64,000 nucleotides of DNA from positions 822 to 64,821 of the forward strand of contig DF237215.1 of assembly GCA_000708835.1 (NCBI GenBank), in the 5' to 3' direction. A program made the position numbers and the translations under genes. Positions 43,513-54,390 of this stretch are shown in pieces (the first letter of the stretch is position 1; each line of letters begins with the position of its first letter). The notes under the pieces were generated by a model that did not search any database, was not told the DNA's origin, and worked only from the letters and a program-made list of their open reading frames with translations. This stretch comes from Klebsormidium nitens (lineage: Eukaryota; Plantae; Klebsormidiophyceae).

Positions 43513-43741
43513 TGCTTCCTCACTTACGAACCTTCTGCTGCTACTCAACTTTCACAAGCAGATGCGTTCCTACACGTGCTGGTCTTTGTGTATCAGTTGC
43601 TATGAGATCTACAGGCTTTTCAGCACACAAAGCTGCGGTGACTTCTCTACACTAATAGAGGTTCTGTGGACCTCTCTCTGCCACAGAAGCGCAGTCTTCT
43701 GAGGAAGTATCAGCTATTCTGATAGACACACCTCTGCCGGT

Positions 43742-45193
43742 CTACATGTGAACACTCCCCGGCTGCCCACTCGTCCCGTTCACAAGCCCCGCCGACAGGA
43801 GCAATGAATCCCCTGCAGCAGGGTATGCGCCGCCCTGCAGGTGCTGGTGCGAATGCCCCCCCTGCTGGTGTGAATGCCCTCCCTGCGGCTGATGCAACTG
43901 CTGATGCAAGTGCTGCTGGTGTAACTGTTGCACTTGATGAGGGGGGGGAGCAACCTCCTGTGCTGGCTGCTTCCTCTTCCTGCCTTTGGGAGTGGCTACA
44001 GATTGATCGGGGGCCCTGCCTGGGAGAAAGGCCGGGGGGACGGCGCCGTCCCTGAGAGTTGCTTTCACCTGGGGGTGCGCCAGAAACTTCTGCAGGATCT
44101 CTCGCGCCACGGCGGGGGGCCGGCCCTCCACCACCTGCAGGAGGGATCCAAACGTCAGCGCAGAAGACGATGCCCAGATTTGTACCAACATAGCGTATAC
44201 CACCAAGACAGGGTAACCACCAACACTACTTGGATGTACTACCATGCCCTTGGCATGTAATGCTGCAGGCAACAACCGGTTGCACAAATGCCCATCATTC
44301 TGGGGTACACCACAAGACGTCATGGAGTGGCGTGACAGATGATGGATGGTCAGAAGGATGCTAGATTTGTTTGAAAGTTGACACTCTGCATATTGAGAGC
44401 GGACCGGATTTGAGGACAATGCTTCTCGCCAAAAGACTTTTGCCTCGCTACCAAACATTTGCTTTACTATCATATACATGCAGAAGAGGTAAAGCTCAAT
44501 GATACGCCTTCCAGAGAAATGCCAAGAGGCTTGATAAGCAAGAAGTGGCACTTGCCTCAAACACAGCAACAGGGCAATAATGCATCATTACGAATCAAAA
44601 ACATTAGACAACATGGAAACTGACCCTTCTATGAAGTACATGAGGGTTTCGCTAACAGAAGGAAGTACACTGGATAAATACGTTGACAGTACCTGGTTAT
44701 TTCATCAGAACCACTAGGAAAGCAATCAAGCCTTACAAGTAAACCAAAGAAGATGCTCATTCCCCCGCACCTCGACAAACTTGTCGACCACCTCCTTCAC
44801 CAGCTCCCTTCGAATCCTCACGTTCAAGTCCCCCTGCTGCGCTGCCTTCTGCGCCCTCACAGCCCTGAGCTCTTCCTTCTCTTTGCGCTTCCTGTCCCTG
44901 AATCTGCGCACCCTCTCCCTCGATTGAATCTTTTTCTTCTCTGCCTCTGCTTGCAGGCGCTCCTCGTCCGTCAGGGGATGAGAATGTCCACCACCGCCAA
45001 ACGCAAGTTGGCCCTGTTCCTGCTGTCCACCGTAGCCCTGACTGCCGTCCACAAGTCCAGACAAAGACAGCTGACCTGGTACGTTCAATTGATACTGAGG
45101 CTGATAGTTTTGGTAAGGTGAGGCGCCGTATGATTGCACGCCTGGAACGAGGATCGGCCTATCGCTAGGGCTCTTCGGGTAATTATCGGCCAT
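43742..45193 (-). CDS. Putative nuclear protein with a bZIP-like basic region and His/Gln-rich tail; exons 45193-44771, 44134-43742
   Basis: 423+393 nt, phase 0 (GAG|GTGCGG...ctgcag|GTG). Basic segment KKKIQSRERVRRFRDRKRKE; NLS-like KGRKRK. Confidence 0.75.
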
Positions 45194-46133
45194 TGCCGGA
45201 CCGCATAGCAGCTGCAAAATGATCGGCAGCGCGTTGGTGCGCCTGCAAAACTCCGCCAAGGGCCTCCTTCAATCGCTACGAAGAAGAGTTCACGAAGGAG
45301 AGAGCCATTGAATAATGCCCCAAGCTGAGCAACCCTAATGCGCAAGCACGAGGAAAGTGGAGTAGGTAGCGCCAATTAGATTCCCCTTCTTGTCAGCGCC
45401 ATGAACTCAAAACCTTCTTGCTTGCGTGCATCCTCTTCGGCAATTATTCTGTTTTGATAAGAGGAGGGGAAAAAAGTCTGCGGAAGCAGAGCAGACATAG
45501 CAACTTCCGCCAGAGGACGTAACGGCCGACTACCAGGGCCGTTACATGGCACAAGCAGTGCTGGTTGTGAAACGGTAACGGTGATTGACATTGCTTGTGC
45601 TGACACACGGGTTAGAAAATTTTAGTAACCCGGTCTGAAAACCACGGTGCGGTCACTTGAATGGTATCGTTCACTCTCACAAAACCCGTGTTACAAGCCG
45701 AGTTAGACCAATTTTGGACTTAGAAAACGCTTGCTAGCAGCTGATGGACGGTCGACGAGCTGCTTCAAGTAAACACATCGACGGTCAGCAAGAATGAACT
45801 TGAAATCCTTCGAAAGTTCGTCGTCGAAATTGTCGTTCTCAACCTCAACCCCAAGCTCACGTCATTTCGGCAAAGAAATTCTTCCAGTAACGGTACCTAT
45901 GAATCGAATGGCTAACATTAGCAACGGACCAACCGTCGGTAGATATGAGCTAGCACCGGCTCAATGGCATCCAGCCGTCGCATCTGCAAGTTAAAACTCT
46001 TGAGGACACGATGTCCGTTCGATGTGCTTGTCGAATGAGGGTCGATTGGACCCACACTGCACAGTTGGTCGGGCTTACGAGGATTACGAGCTTATACGAG
46101 CCCAGCAAATGATGCCGTGTCTTTAGGTGACCA

Positions 46134-49100
46134 TGTGGGGGCCATGTGATGCATTGCATGTGCAGAAAGCGCTGCATTGGGAGAAAGCGCTGCATTGGGA
46201 GAAAGCGCTGCATTGGACAGTGTCAACAAGGTATGATATCAACGAGCCAACGTCAAGAAAGCCGCTGCGAGGGGTTCCTTGGGTTTCAGATGCCAGATTT
46301 AGTGCGAGAGATCCCCTGTCATTATGCAACGAAGCTTATGCAATAGGCTTGCTGCCAAAGTCGAAATGGCTGCTCCGAAAATGTCCATCTTCTGGTGACA
46401 CTTTGGACGCTGCCGAAAGCTTGGAATCTGATCTTGCTTCGCACGCCATGGCTGCTCACCGGGACAAAGAGTCTCTGTTGGAAGAGATCTGGAACCTGAA
46501 GAAGGCCCTTCAGGCTGCGCGAGAGAGCAACCGCTTGCTTACTTTACAGAACAAGCATATGGTAACTGATCTCAAGAACCTGGAAGAACACGTCATCGAC
46601 TTGCAATCTGCAAAAAGGGATCAATGGTCGCCTCTGAGAGGCGGCAGCACCTCGAGCTCAGCTGAGCAGTCCGCGGTGCGTGAAGCATTCGACCACTCAA
46701 AGCTTGTATCGTTAGGCAAGCCACGTGATCAGAAAGAGTAGCTCATCAAACGCTGGAGATTGCGTTGATCTAGACTTTACATGCACGTTCCCTCCAAAGT
46801 TCCAAAATGAAAGATGTTCTTTCTTAGACTGTGCGCCTTGATTTGCTTGCAACATGCACGCTTCTGCAATTTAAACCTGCAGTGCAAGAGACGAATCACA
46901 GTGCAGCCCCTGATTAAGTGGCCCCCAGTGTCCAGCTCGTTGCACGAGTAACATCGACTTTGACGACTATTGTTTAGGGTCAAACTCGTTTGTTTCATAA
47001 ATTAGGACCCGCCATAATAGAAGTAGCAGTTTGGATGCCGGCACACCATGTTTAAAGAACCTGCAAGCTCAGCGTAATCACAGACCAAGTAAATTATGTT
47101 GTGTTCCCTGTACTTTTCAGCTGGTGGCACGGCTGAAGCAGCAAGCGCGCGAGATCAAGTCCCAGCAGATTGAGATCGCCTCAGAGCTGGCTCAGGTCAA
47201 GGGCAGCACGCGTGCGCACCGCTTCCGAGAGATCGAAGAAGAGAACCGAGCGCTCTATGCCGAGATTAAGCGCCTGACTGACGCACTCAGGGGACAGAAG
47301 GCCCTGTTTGAGAAGGAACGGTCCGAGTGGAAGAGGAAAGTGGAGGGGCTGGAGAAGAGGGTTGCTGAGAGAAGGCCTTTGAGGAGAGAGCCGGCGAGGG
47401 GGCCGAGTCCTGCATGCAGAGTCGGTGTACAGCAGAGGAAATAGCATGGGGAGGCAGAGGGATCCAAGCCCGAGCAAAATCAGGTATGGGGGAAGAAGTC
47501 TGGCTTCTTTAAAGCTTGAGCATCCCACGTCGTCTGACATAACCACCTGACATAGCAAGCCAGTCAATTATCCCATGGTTCTTTCACCTCCTTCCGGCAG
47601 CCGGACCTACCGTTCCTTTCTCCACGCAACGTTTGGTTGAGTCGAGTGCCCCTTAGCACAGTAGAGACCAACGCCTCGCTCAAGACCAGCTTTTGCGGTG
47701 GACTTTTCTCCTCCTGCTCATGTCGACTTCTTTTCGGTGCAGCAAGAACGAGCTGGAAATGGAGACAATACGGGGCAAGTGCGACAGGCTACAGGAATCG
47801 AACCAGAACTTGGTGAGAGGTTTTGATTGACGCATCTTCGCTTTCTCAACGGGCCGCAACGGAGAGGCACAGAAACTCGAATCGACAGACAGAATCACAC
47901 GTTCTGTGGCTATCCGTCCCTGGTCCGATCGTTCCACAGAATCTTAGGGAGGGTGCAGAGTACCATAATCGGGGAAAAAAGGAAAAATTCCTGCAATCTC
48001 ACTCACTCGGGCTGCCCTCTGGGTAATTTCCGGCTTTGATTTGTCCAGTGTCGACATGCCCTTGCAATACGGATTGCTTATCTGCACCGGTTCGTTGGCC
48101 TTGCTGAAGACGAGTCTTCGACATGGTTTTGAGGACGACTAATTGAGTCGACGCGCGATCTTGTAGCAGGAACTCTTAGCCCGACTGTCGACGGCAAGGG
48201 TGAAATACCGTACAATTTTCCATTCGTCTAGCCGTACGTTTTGGGAAGCAGGAGGCTGCAGTGTTGAGGCTAATCAATTTAATCGAGCGTGACGTCGACT
48301 CTCGAGAAACCTTTCAGCCTTCTTCGAAAACGGTCAGCACCATTCTGAATCAAAATACCCCTTTGAACAGCAACGCTTTTACTCCTTCCAGATGACGGAG
48401 CTTCAGGAGGTGAAGGAGTATGTCCGATTCCTCAGCCAGGCGTCCCTGCCGTCCGATCAGTTCCGGACACGACCAGCGTCGCCACAGCCGTCCGATGGGC
48501 GTCAGTTTGGAGCATCCAACGGTGCAAACCCTGTGGACCAGCGTACGATGGCCGTTGAAACATGGGAAAGCGGAGGTCCTGACGGAGCGACAGTCGCTTC
48601 CGCTCCTCCAAATGTGGACAATGGTGAAGCGACCGGAAATTCGGAAGCGGAACGGAAAGCTTATCGAGAAGAAAGTGCCCAAAAGTCGAGGCCAACGGGG
48701 ATGCGCGAAGAAAGAAAAGAAAGTCGGGCGAGAAGGAAGGGTCCAGAGCTCGACAGAGATTATGGTTCACTGGAGTCCACTGAAACTTCCAATCTGGTCG
48801 AGGCCGTGGGAACGGAACGCGTGAGCAAACAAACGGAAACGGAACGGCGGTCGGGGAGGGAAGATCGGATGAGCGTGAAGCATGTAGCGGCGGAGGAGAG
48901 GCAGTTGGCGACCGGAACGGAACGGAACGATGACAGCTGGGCGCCGGGAGAAGCAGTGTCGCCCAAACTTGAGTCGAGCTTGAAGAGAGTTGGATTCGCT
49001 TTGGAAGGGGCAGGCAAAGTCGGGGCAACAGGATGGAGGGCGGCGGAGCGAACGGAAACGGAAGTATCGGAAGCTGAACGGAGCGAAAAGGGTAGCGCAA

Positions 49101-50787
49101 AGCCTACAGGTGGGGAGGTGTTTGGAGTTGTTCAAATCGAACGGCAGAATAACGACAGAGTGGTAGAGGAAGTGACTGGAGTCGCGCAGAAGTCTGCACA
49201 TGAAAGTAGGGGGAATCAGGTGGAGAAAGGAACCCCTGCAGCTGCCCAGAATTTTAACCAGACTGGGACAGAGAGAGCGATTGGGAACCACGTCGAGGAG
49301 ATCGCGAGCAAAGCCGTGCTAACGGAGAAGAATCTGACGGGAACGAGACATTCGAAACAGCGGACGTTGAGCACCGAGCAGTGGAACGTGTAGAAGTCGG
49401 GAGGGCAGAGATAAAGCGGAGTCCGAGAGCAGAGAAGGGTGTGGTTATACGAAATGAGGTGGATTTCGGAGATGTACGGGTTGCCGAGGCAGTGGTCGTA
49501 AAACGTGCGGACGAGGTTGTCAAGGTTGGGCGGAATTTGGAGCAGTCCACGGAACGGAACGAACCCAAAGTAGTCGAAGATGCTTCGAAGCTGGAGTCGA
49601 ATGGGAAGCCAAGTGTAAAGACGGAGGTGGCGAAAGCGACGGAAGGGCGGAGTCTGGAGATGACGGCGGATCGGGAGATAGCGGAATGGGTTGGGGATGG
49701 CCGGCATTCGGAGTCGGGGGCGGAACCAAAAGCGAAAAATGCACGGGGAGCAGTCCAGGTGCTTGGGCCGTCGCTTTCCGCTGCCGTCTCTCAGGAAAGC
49801 AGCAGAAAAGAAACGTCGGATCTGAGAGACGGGGGGTCTGTGTCTGACGAAGCGGCGGAGGTCGACGAGACCCGGCGCGGAACGGCGGTTGCTTCGTTAG
49901 TGATAGAATCTACCGATCGACCGGGCGCAGCGAAGGAAAGTGCAGGCACGGACGTCCGAGTGGGCAAGGCGCGTCGCACCGAAGTTGAGGTCCCAGCCAC
50001 CGCCGGGCATGCGCTGGCCCCTGGTGTGACGTCCTCTAGGTCACAAACCGTCTCCGACGACAGCCCAGCAAAGGGAGCCGGGTCCCGGAACCTGCCACTC
50101 GGGGCCGAAGGGGAGCATACGTTAAATGATCTTTGGTCAGGACCCTCTTCCACCGGTCTGGAGTCGGAGAAGACTTCAAGTGACGCCTCTCCAAGCCTCC
50201 GAGAAAAGCCCTCCTTCTCAAAAGCAGAGAAGCCGTCCTCGGCGCTGGATAGCACCCTTCCAGATAGCGGGAGGGAAGCTGCGGAGTCGGAACGTGAGCG
50301 GCTGCAGAAAATATCTCCTTTTCCGGAGGTTAACTTTGGAAATCCAAACTTGCACTTCTCGGAACGCCCCAGAAGAAACGACTTTCTGCCGATGAACGAC
50401 CCTCTGCCAGCTGGTTCAGCCCCCATCTCGCGGACATCTGAAGTGTCCGTGTCAAAAGGAACCACTCTGGCGGACACGCTTCCAACGGATCAGCGGAAAG
50501 AAGCAAGAGCGGAAACGGAGGAGTTGCCGGCGAAGACCGGAAGCGGCGGGAGCGCGCAAACGGGTGGAAAGTCAGCTGAGTTGGAACCGCACCTTGGTGA
50601 ACAGACAGAGGACATTCTGGACGACTTGGACTTGTATTTGGAGGGTTTAGAAGTAGCAGGAGAGGCGTCCGCACGGAGCGCGGCCGAGGCCGCGCGCGAC
50701 GGAGAGGTATTTGAGGTGCATCACGAGGAGTCGCACGCGCAGTTGTTCACACCGGACGACAGTGACATAGCGGAGGAGGCGTGGTAA
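46134..50787 (+). CDS. Large protein with an N-terminal coiled coil and long acidic, low-complexity C-terminus; exons about 46134/46448-46705, 47121-(about 47.4 kb), 47743-47810, 48392-50787 with a frame break at 49258-49390
   Basis: Coiled-coil exons (LLEEIWNLKKALQAARE; EIEEENRALYAEIKRLTD; KNELEMETIRGKCDRLQESNQNL|MTELQEV). ORFs 48392-49393 and 49381-50787 overlap in different frames. The exon-2 donor is unresolved. Confidence 0.7.
46164..46216 (+). repeat. 18-nt tandem repeat x3 (AGAAAGCGCTGCATTGGG), in frame as [Q/E]KALHW
   Basis: Seen directly in the sequence. Confidence 0.92.
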
Positions 50788-51909
50788 AGGGAAACCAGTT
50801 TCAAGCCCTCCACGAAAATCGAGATAATATGCTGAATCAATATCAGTATTTGTACGTACTTCTCAAAGCTGCGACCAAACGCGTCTAGCGTCAAACGTGA
50901 CAAACATACTTGATTATGGAGGAGCGACGAAGGCTTGTGTAATAAATTGGATGGAGGACACTACGCATCTGTTTGTCAACTGCGTTGATTCAAAAAAGAA
51001 AAGTGAAACAGCTGCCTGCGGACCTGTTTATCTTCCTTTCGGCCATGTGACTGCTAACATGGTAGCCAGTCCACCCATTTTTTGAGATTCCAGAAACCAG
51101 ACAATTTCGGGTGCTTTTATAAAGGAAAACCTCATCTGCTTCTGTCCTTATCAGAAATCTCGGTTCGTCTTGCTATCAACTTCTCAGCCTCTTCCACTAT
51201 GTACGGCTCTGTCTAATACTGATGTTTTCAACATGACTCTTTTTCAAACTGTTGATAAAGTATCAGATATGCCTGGTGTAATATATTGGATGCAATCGCT
51301 TCGTGGCGCGGCCGCAAACAAATCATATGCATGGCGACTGCATAGTGAAATCAGAAAGAGTTCATCAGAACACCCACCACTCACCATACATGGCGAGAGA
51401 GAATTAACAAAGTCATATCATCGATCATTGGGGTAATTGGCCGACTCTAGATGCAAAATCTGACCTCAAAAGGTGGATCCAGGATCCTGCAACAACGTTA
51501 GATGTTCTACAATCTACAGCCTCATGCCGGGAATTCTGAGCGCTTTGTTCTCGCTTCAAGCGAAAGCTTACGACCGCGCACTCGATCTGCCATCGTACCG
51601 TCATTACACGTTTTGACCATTTTTTAGTTTCTTGTCTTTTGGATATAGCTTTCCTGGCCAACGGGCTTGTTGAGCTTGTTGCTTGTTGGGCTTTTCTCCG
51701 ACATCAGCGCTCTATATGGCTGGAAACGAACAACTTTTGCTTCACGTCTCCTAGCATTTTCTAGCCTCGCCTTATCTACACCAAGAAAAGACTGATCCCC
51801 GCTCCCGCAGACGCCCCCTCAGAGTGCCACCTGTCGTGAAAAGAAGGACTCCCTACTGCCATCACTTTCGGGCTCATCCACCGTTTGGAACAGTTTAGAC
51901 GCCTGCTTC

Positions 51910-54390
51910 TCAAAGAAGATCTGCCGCTTCGATTCCCGCAGCGTCGCCCGCTCCGCCGGAATCCGCCGCACCCTCGGCCGCGTCCAGCGGACGGGCATCC
52001 GGTTGCTTCGAGGCGAAAGCTCCGCCGACCTGCTTCGGCGCTCCGCCCAGCAGTTCCACGGCTTCTCTTTTCGCCGGATCCGCTCTGCCTACCGAAAGTT
52101 CTCCGGTTGATCTGGGACTGGCCACAGAGAGCGTTTCCCCTTCCTTCGCGAAGCGTGGATCCGTCGCCTCTCTCTCAAGCTGGTGATGAAGCCCGCCCAG
52201 TAGTCTCGTGTCCCGTGCTCCACATTCGAAACCGGTCGCACGCTTGTCGCAGCTTTTGCTCGGGGGATTGATACCGCCCACGGAATGCGGCTCCTTGTTG
52301 ACCGGAAAAGCCGAATCGCCCCCTTTCTGCCCCGGAACTTCTAAACCGCCCATTGCCTTTTCCGGCGACACCACTTTCGGCCTCACACCTTCTGGGCTGG
52401 TCAGTTGTCTTTTCTCGCTCGCCTGTCCCTCTCTAGAACCGGGCGCACTTTGCGCCGACCGGGGCGACTCACCGCCCTCGTTTCCCTCTCCTTGGTCGCC
52501 CGGCTCCTCGGCCATAAAGATCTTCACCCAGTCGGGGGACTCTACCGGGCGTCCGCCTGAGCTCTCGTACTCGCATTCGGCCCTGAAAAGCTTTTCCCCG
52601 GTTACAGCGCCCGCCGCTCCTTTCTTTCCGTCGATCTCCGCCGTTTGAGCACGAGCAGTCTGCGTATTGTAGTTTGCCGTAGCTCCTTTCGCACCAGTTT
52701 TCGAAGCGTCAATCTCCGCCATTCGAGAACCGGTCGCCAACCCCGGTTGCAGAAAAACCTTGTCATGGCGAAGAATATCGTTCGGTAGCTCTAACCCCCG
52801 GGTCTTATCCATTTTCTTCTGTCCCGGGCCGACAAGGGAACTCTTGGAAGGAGGATCGAGCCCTGCTTCTTCAAGCCTGCCGAACCGGTTTCTCTGTAAA
52901 TCGCCAGGCTTTTTCAGTGGCTTTCGGCTTCCACAGCCGCGCTTTCCAAAAGCCGCCAAGACCTTGTCACTGGAGCTTGAATCTTCGTCTTGCTTTTCTG
53001 ACTCAAAACTCTTTCCTGCTCCTTTAGCGGCCGGAATTCTCCCCGCGCCTCCGGCAGGATCCCCCTTCCGCGTTGCTTTCCCTATACGCGGCGGCACCGC
53101 TCTCAGCGGAACTCGTCTCCTCACAGGCGGCTTCCCTTTCGCTCTCGAAGTGAGCCCGCCAACTCCGCTGCTCGCCACGTGTCGCTTCGTCATTCGACCC
53201 CTGTCTGCAGCCTTCGAAACGATCCTCGCGACGCCTTTTCCGCTCCTCCGCTCGCATCGTTTCTTCCCGACACATCTCCCCGCCTCATCATCGCTCTCTG
53301 TTTCACTGCTGACGTGCTTCACCGCCTGATCTTTCCGGTTCCGCTTCCGCTGCCTCTCATTGATCGGAACGTCTTCCTCTTCGCTGCTGCTCTCCACACT
53401 TTTTGCCTTCCACTCTTGTGACCCATCGTTTCGCTGCCTGCGGGCTCGCGCACCGCGGCCGCGCACGCACCCTGCATCCAATTCCGTCCGCTTGCCCTTC
53501 GATCCTTTATTCCGCTCACTTCCGTTCTGTTCCGTTCCATGCTTCTTTCGGACCGAAACCGAAGCTACGGCCGACGCGCCGTGCCCAGGACCCGCCCCTC
53601 CATCTTCGCTCGACTCCACCTTTTTTCGCTTCCATCCGGCGGCTCGCTCTTTCCGCTTCCGCTCCTTCCGGTTCCGCTCAGCACTCTGCATGTTCCGGGT
53701 CCGCTTTGACAAGCCGGGCCCGGCCCCTTCGTCTTCTTCGTCGTCCACAGCTTTTCTTTTCCACCGCTCCCCCTCGTTCCGGTCGTTCCGCTTCCGTGCC
53801 CTATGCAGCCCAGCGGAACGTTCCCCTTGCCCAGGTCCTTCCAGTTGCCTAGCTTTCCACTGGCCCGCCCGAATCTCATCCTTCTTCTTTGCCGCCGTCT
53901 CCTTCTTAACCCGCTTCTTTACCCCCGCTTCTCCTTCGACTTCCGGCACAGGTTTGCTCAACCCAAGCACAAACTTGCCCACGTAATACAACACCCACTC
54001 CTCCCCGTTGATGCTGCACATCCCGCGCTCGTTGAAGTTGACCCGTTTCTTAACCCCCTTCTTAACCTCCTTTGTTTCATCCAGCTTCACATACTCGTCT
54101 TCCTTCAACCGGTCAATCAGCTCGGGGTTCTTCACACAGAGGCAGTAGACCTCTTTTGGTCGCCCTTTTTTGCGCCCGTTGCACCAGTACCAGAACCCGA
54201 CCCGTTTGCAGGCCTCGTCGACTGCCTTCTTGTCGTCGATATAAGTGCTCAGGATGTCGGTCTTGATAACTGACAGGGCCTTTGAGCGCCCGGGCTCTTG
54301 TACCGGGGGCCACATGCTGCAAGAAAATCTTGACAGGTTACTTGGCGGTTTTTGGAGAGTCTGGCTGATGGAGAGTCTGGCATTAGCCAT
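51910..54390 (-). CDS. Intronless 826-aa Lys/Arg-rich protein of unknown function; short globular N-domain and long disordered region
   Basis: Uninterrupted 2481-nt ORF with ATG. The N-terminal about 150 aa have mixed hydrophobic and aromatic composition (GFWYWCNGRKKGRPKEVYCLCV); many NLS-like runs follow. Confidence 0.75.
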   Translation of the reverse strand: MANARLSISQTLQKPPSNLSRFSCSMWPPVQEPGRSKALSVIKTDILSTYIDDKKAVDEACKRVGFWYWCNGRKKGRPKEVYCLCVKNPELIDRLKEDEYVKLDETKEVKKGVKKRVNFNERGMCSINGEEWVLYYVGKFVLGLSKPVPEVEGEAGVKKRVKKETAAKKKDEIRAGQWKARQLEGPGQGERSAGLHRARKRNDRNEGERWKRKAVDDEEDEGAGPGLSKRTRNMQSAERNRKERKRKERAAGWKRKKVESSEDGGAGPGHGASAVASVSVRKKHGTEQNGSERNKGSKGKRTELDAGCVRGRGARARRQRNDGSQEWKAKSVESSSEEEDVPINERQRKRNRKDQAVKHVSSETESDDEAGRCVGKKRCERRSGKGVARIVSKAADRGRMTKRHVASSGVGGLTSRAKGKPPVRRRVPLRAVPPRIGKATRKGDPAGGAGRIPAAKGAGKSFESEKQDEDSSSSDKVLAAFGKRGCGSRKPLKKPGDLQRNRFGRLEEAGLDPPSKSSLVGPGQKKMDKTRGLELPNDILRHDKVFLQPGLATGSRMAEIDASKTGAKGATANYNTQTARAQTAEIDGKKGAAGAVTGEKLFRAECEYESSGGRPVESPDWVKIFMAEEPGDQGEGNEGGESPRSAQSAPGSREGQASEKRQLTSPEGVRPKVVSPEKAMGGLEVPGQKGGDSAFPVNKEPHSVGGINPPSKSCDKRATGFECGARDTRLLGGLHHQLEREATDPRFAKEGETLSVASPRSTGELSVGRADPAKREAVELLGGAPKQVGGAFASKQPDARPLDAAEGAADSGGAGDAAGIEAADLL

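Noticed and set aside
47400-47485. Claim of a definite frameshift at the end of coiled-coil exon 2
   Set aside because: A weak GC donor or an alternative AAG acceptor could also restore phase; cannot be decided without cDNA.
48432-50674. Long minus-strand ORFs (48432-49100, 49216-49707, 49791-50477)
   Set aside because: Antisense shadows of the large acidic exon.
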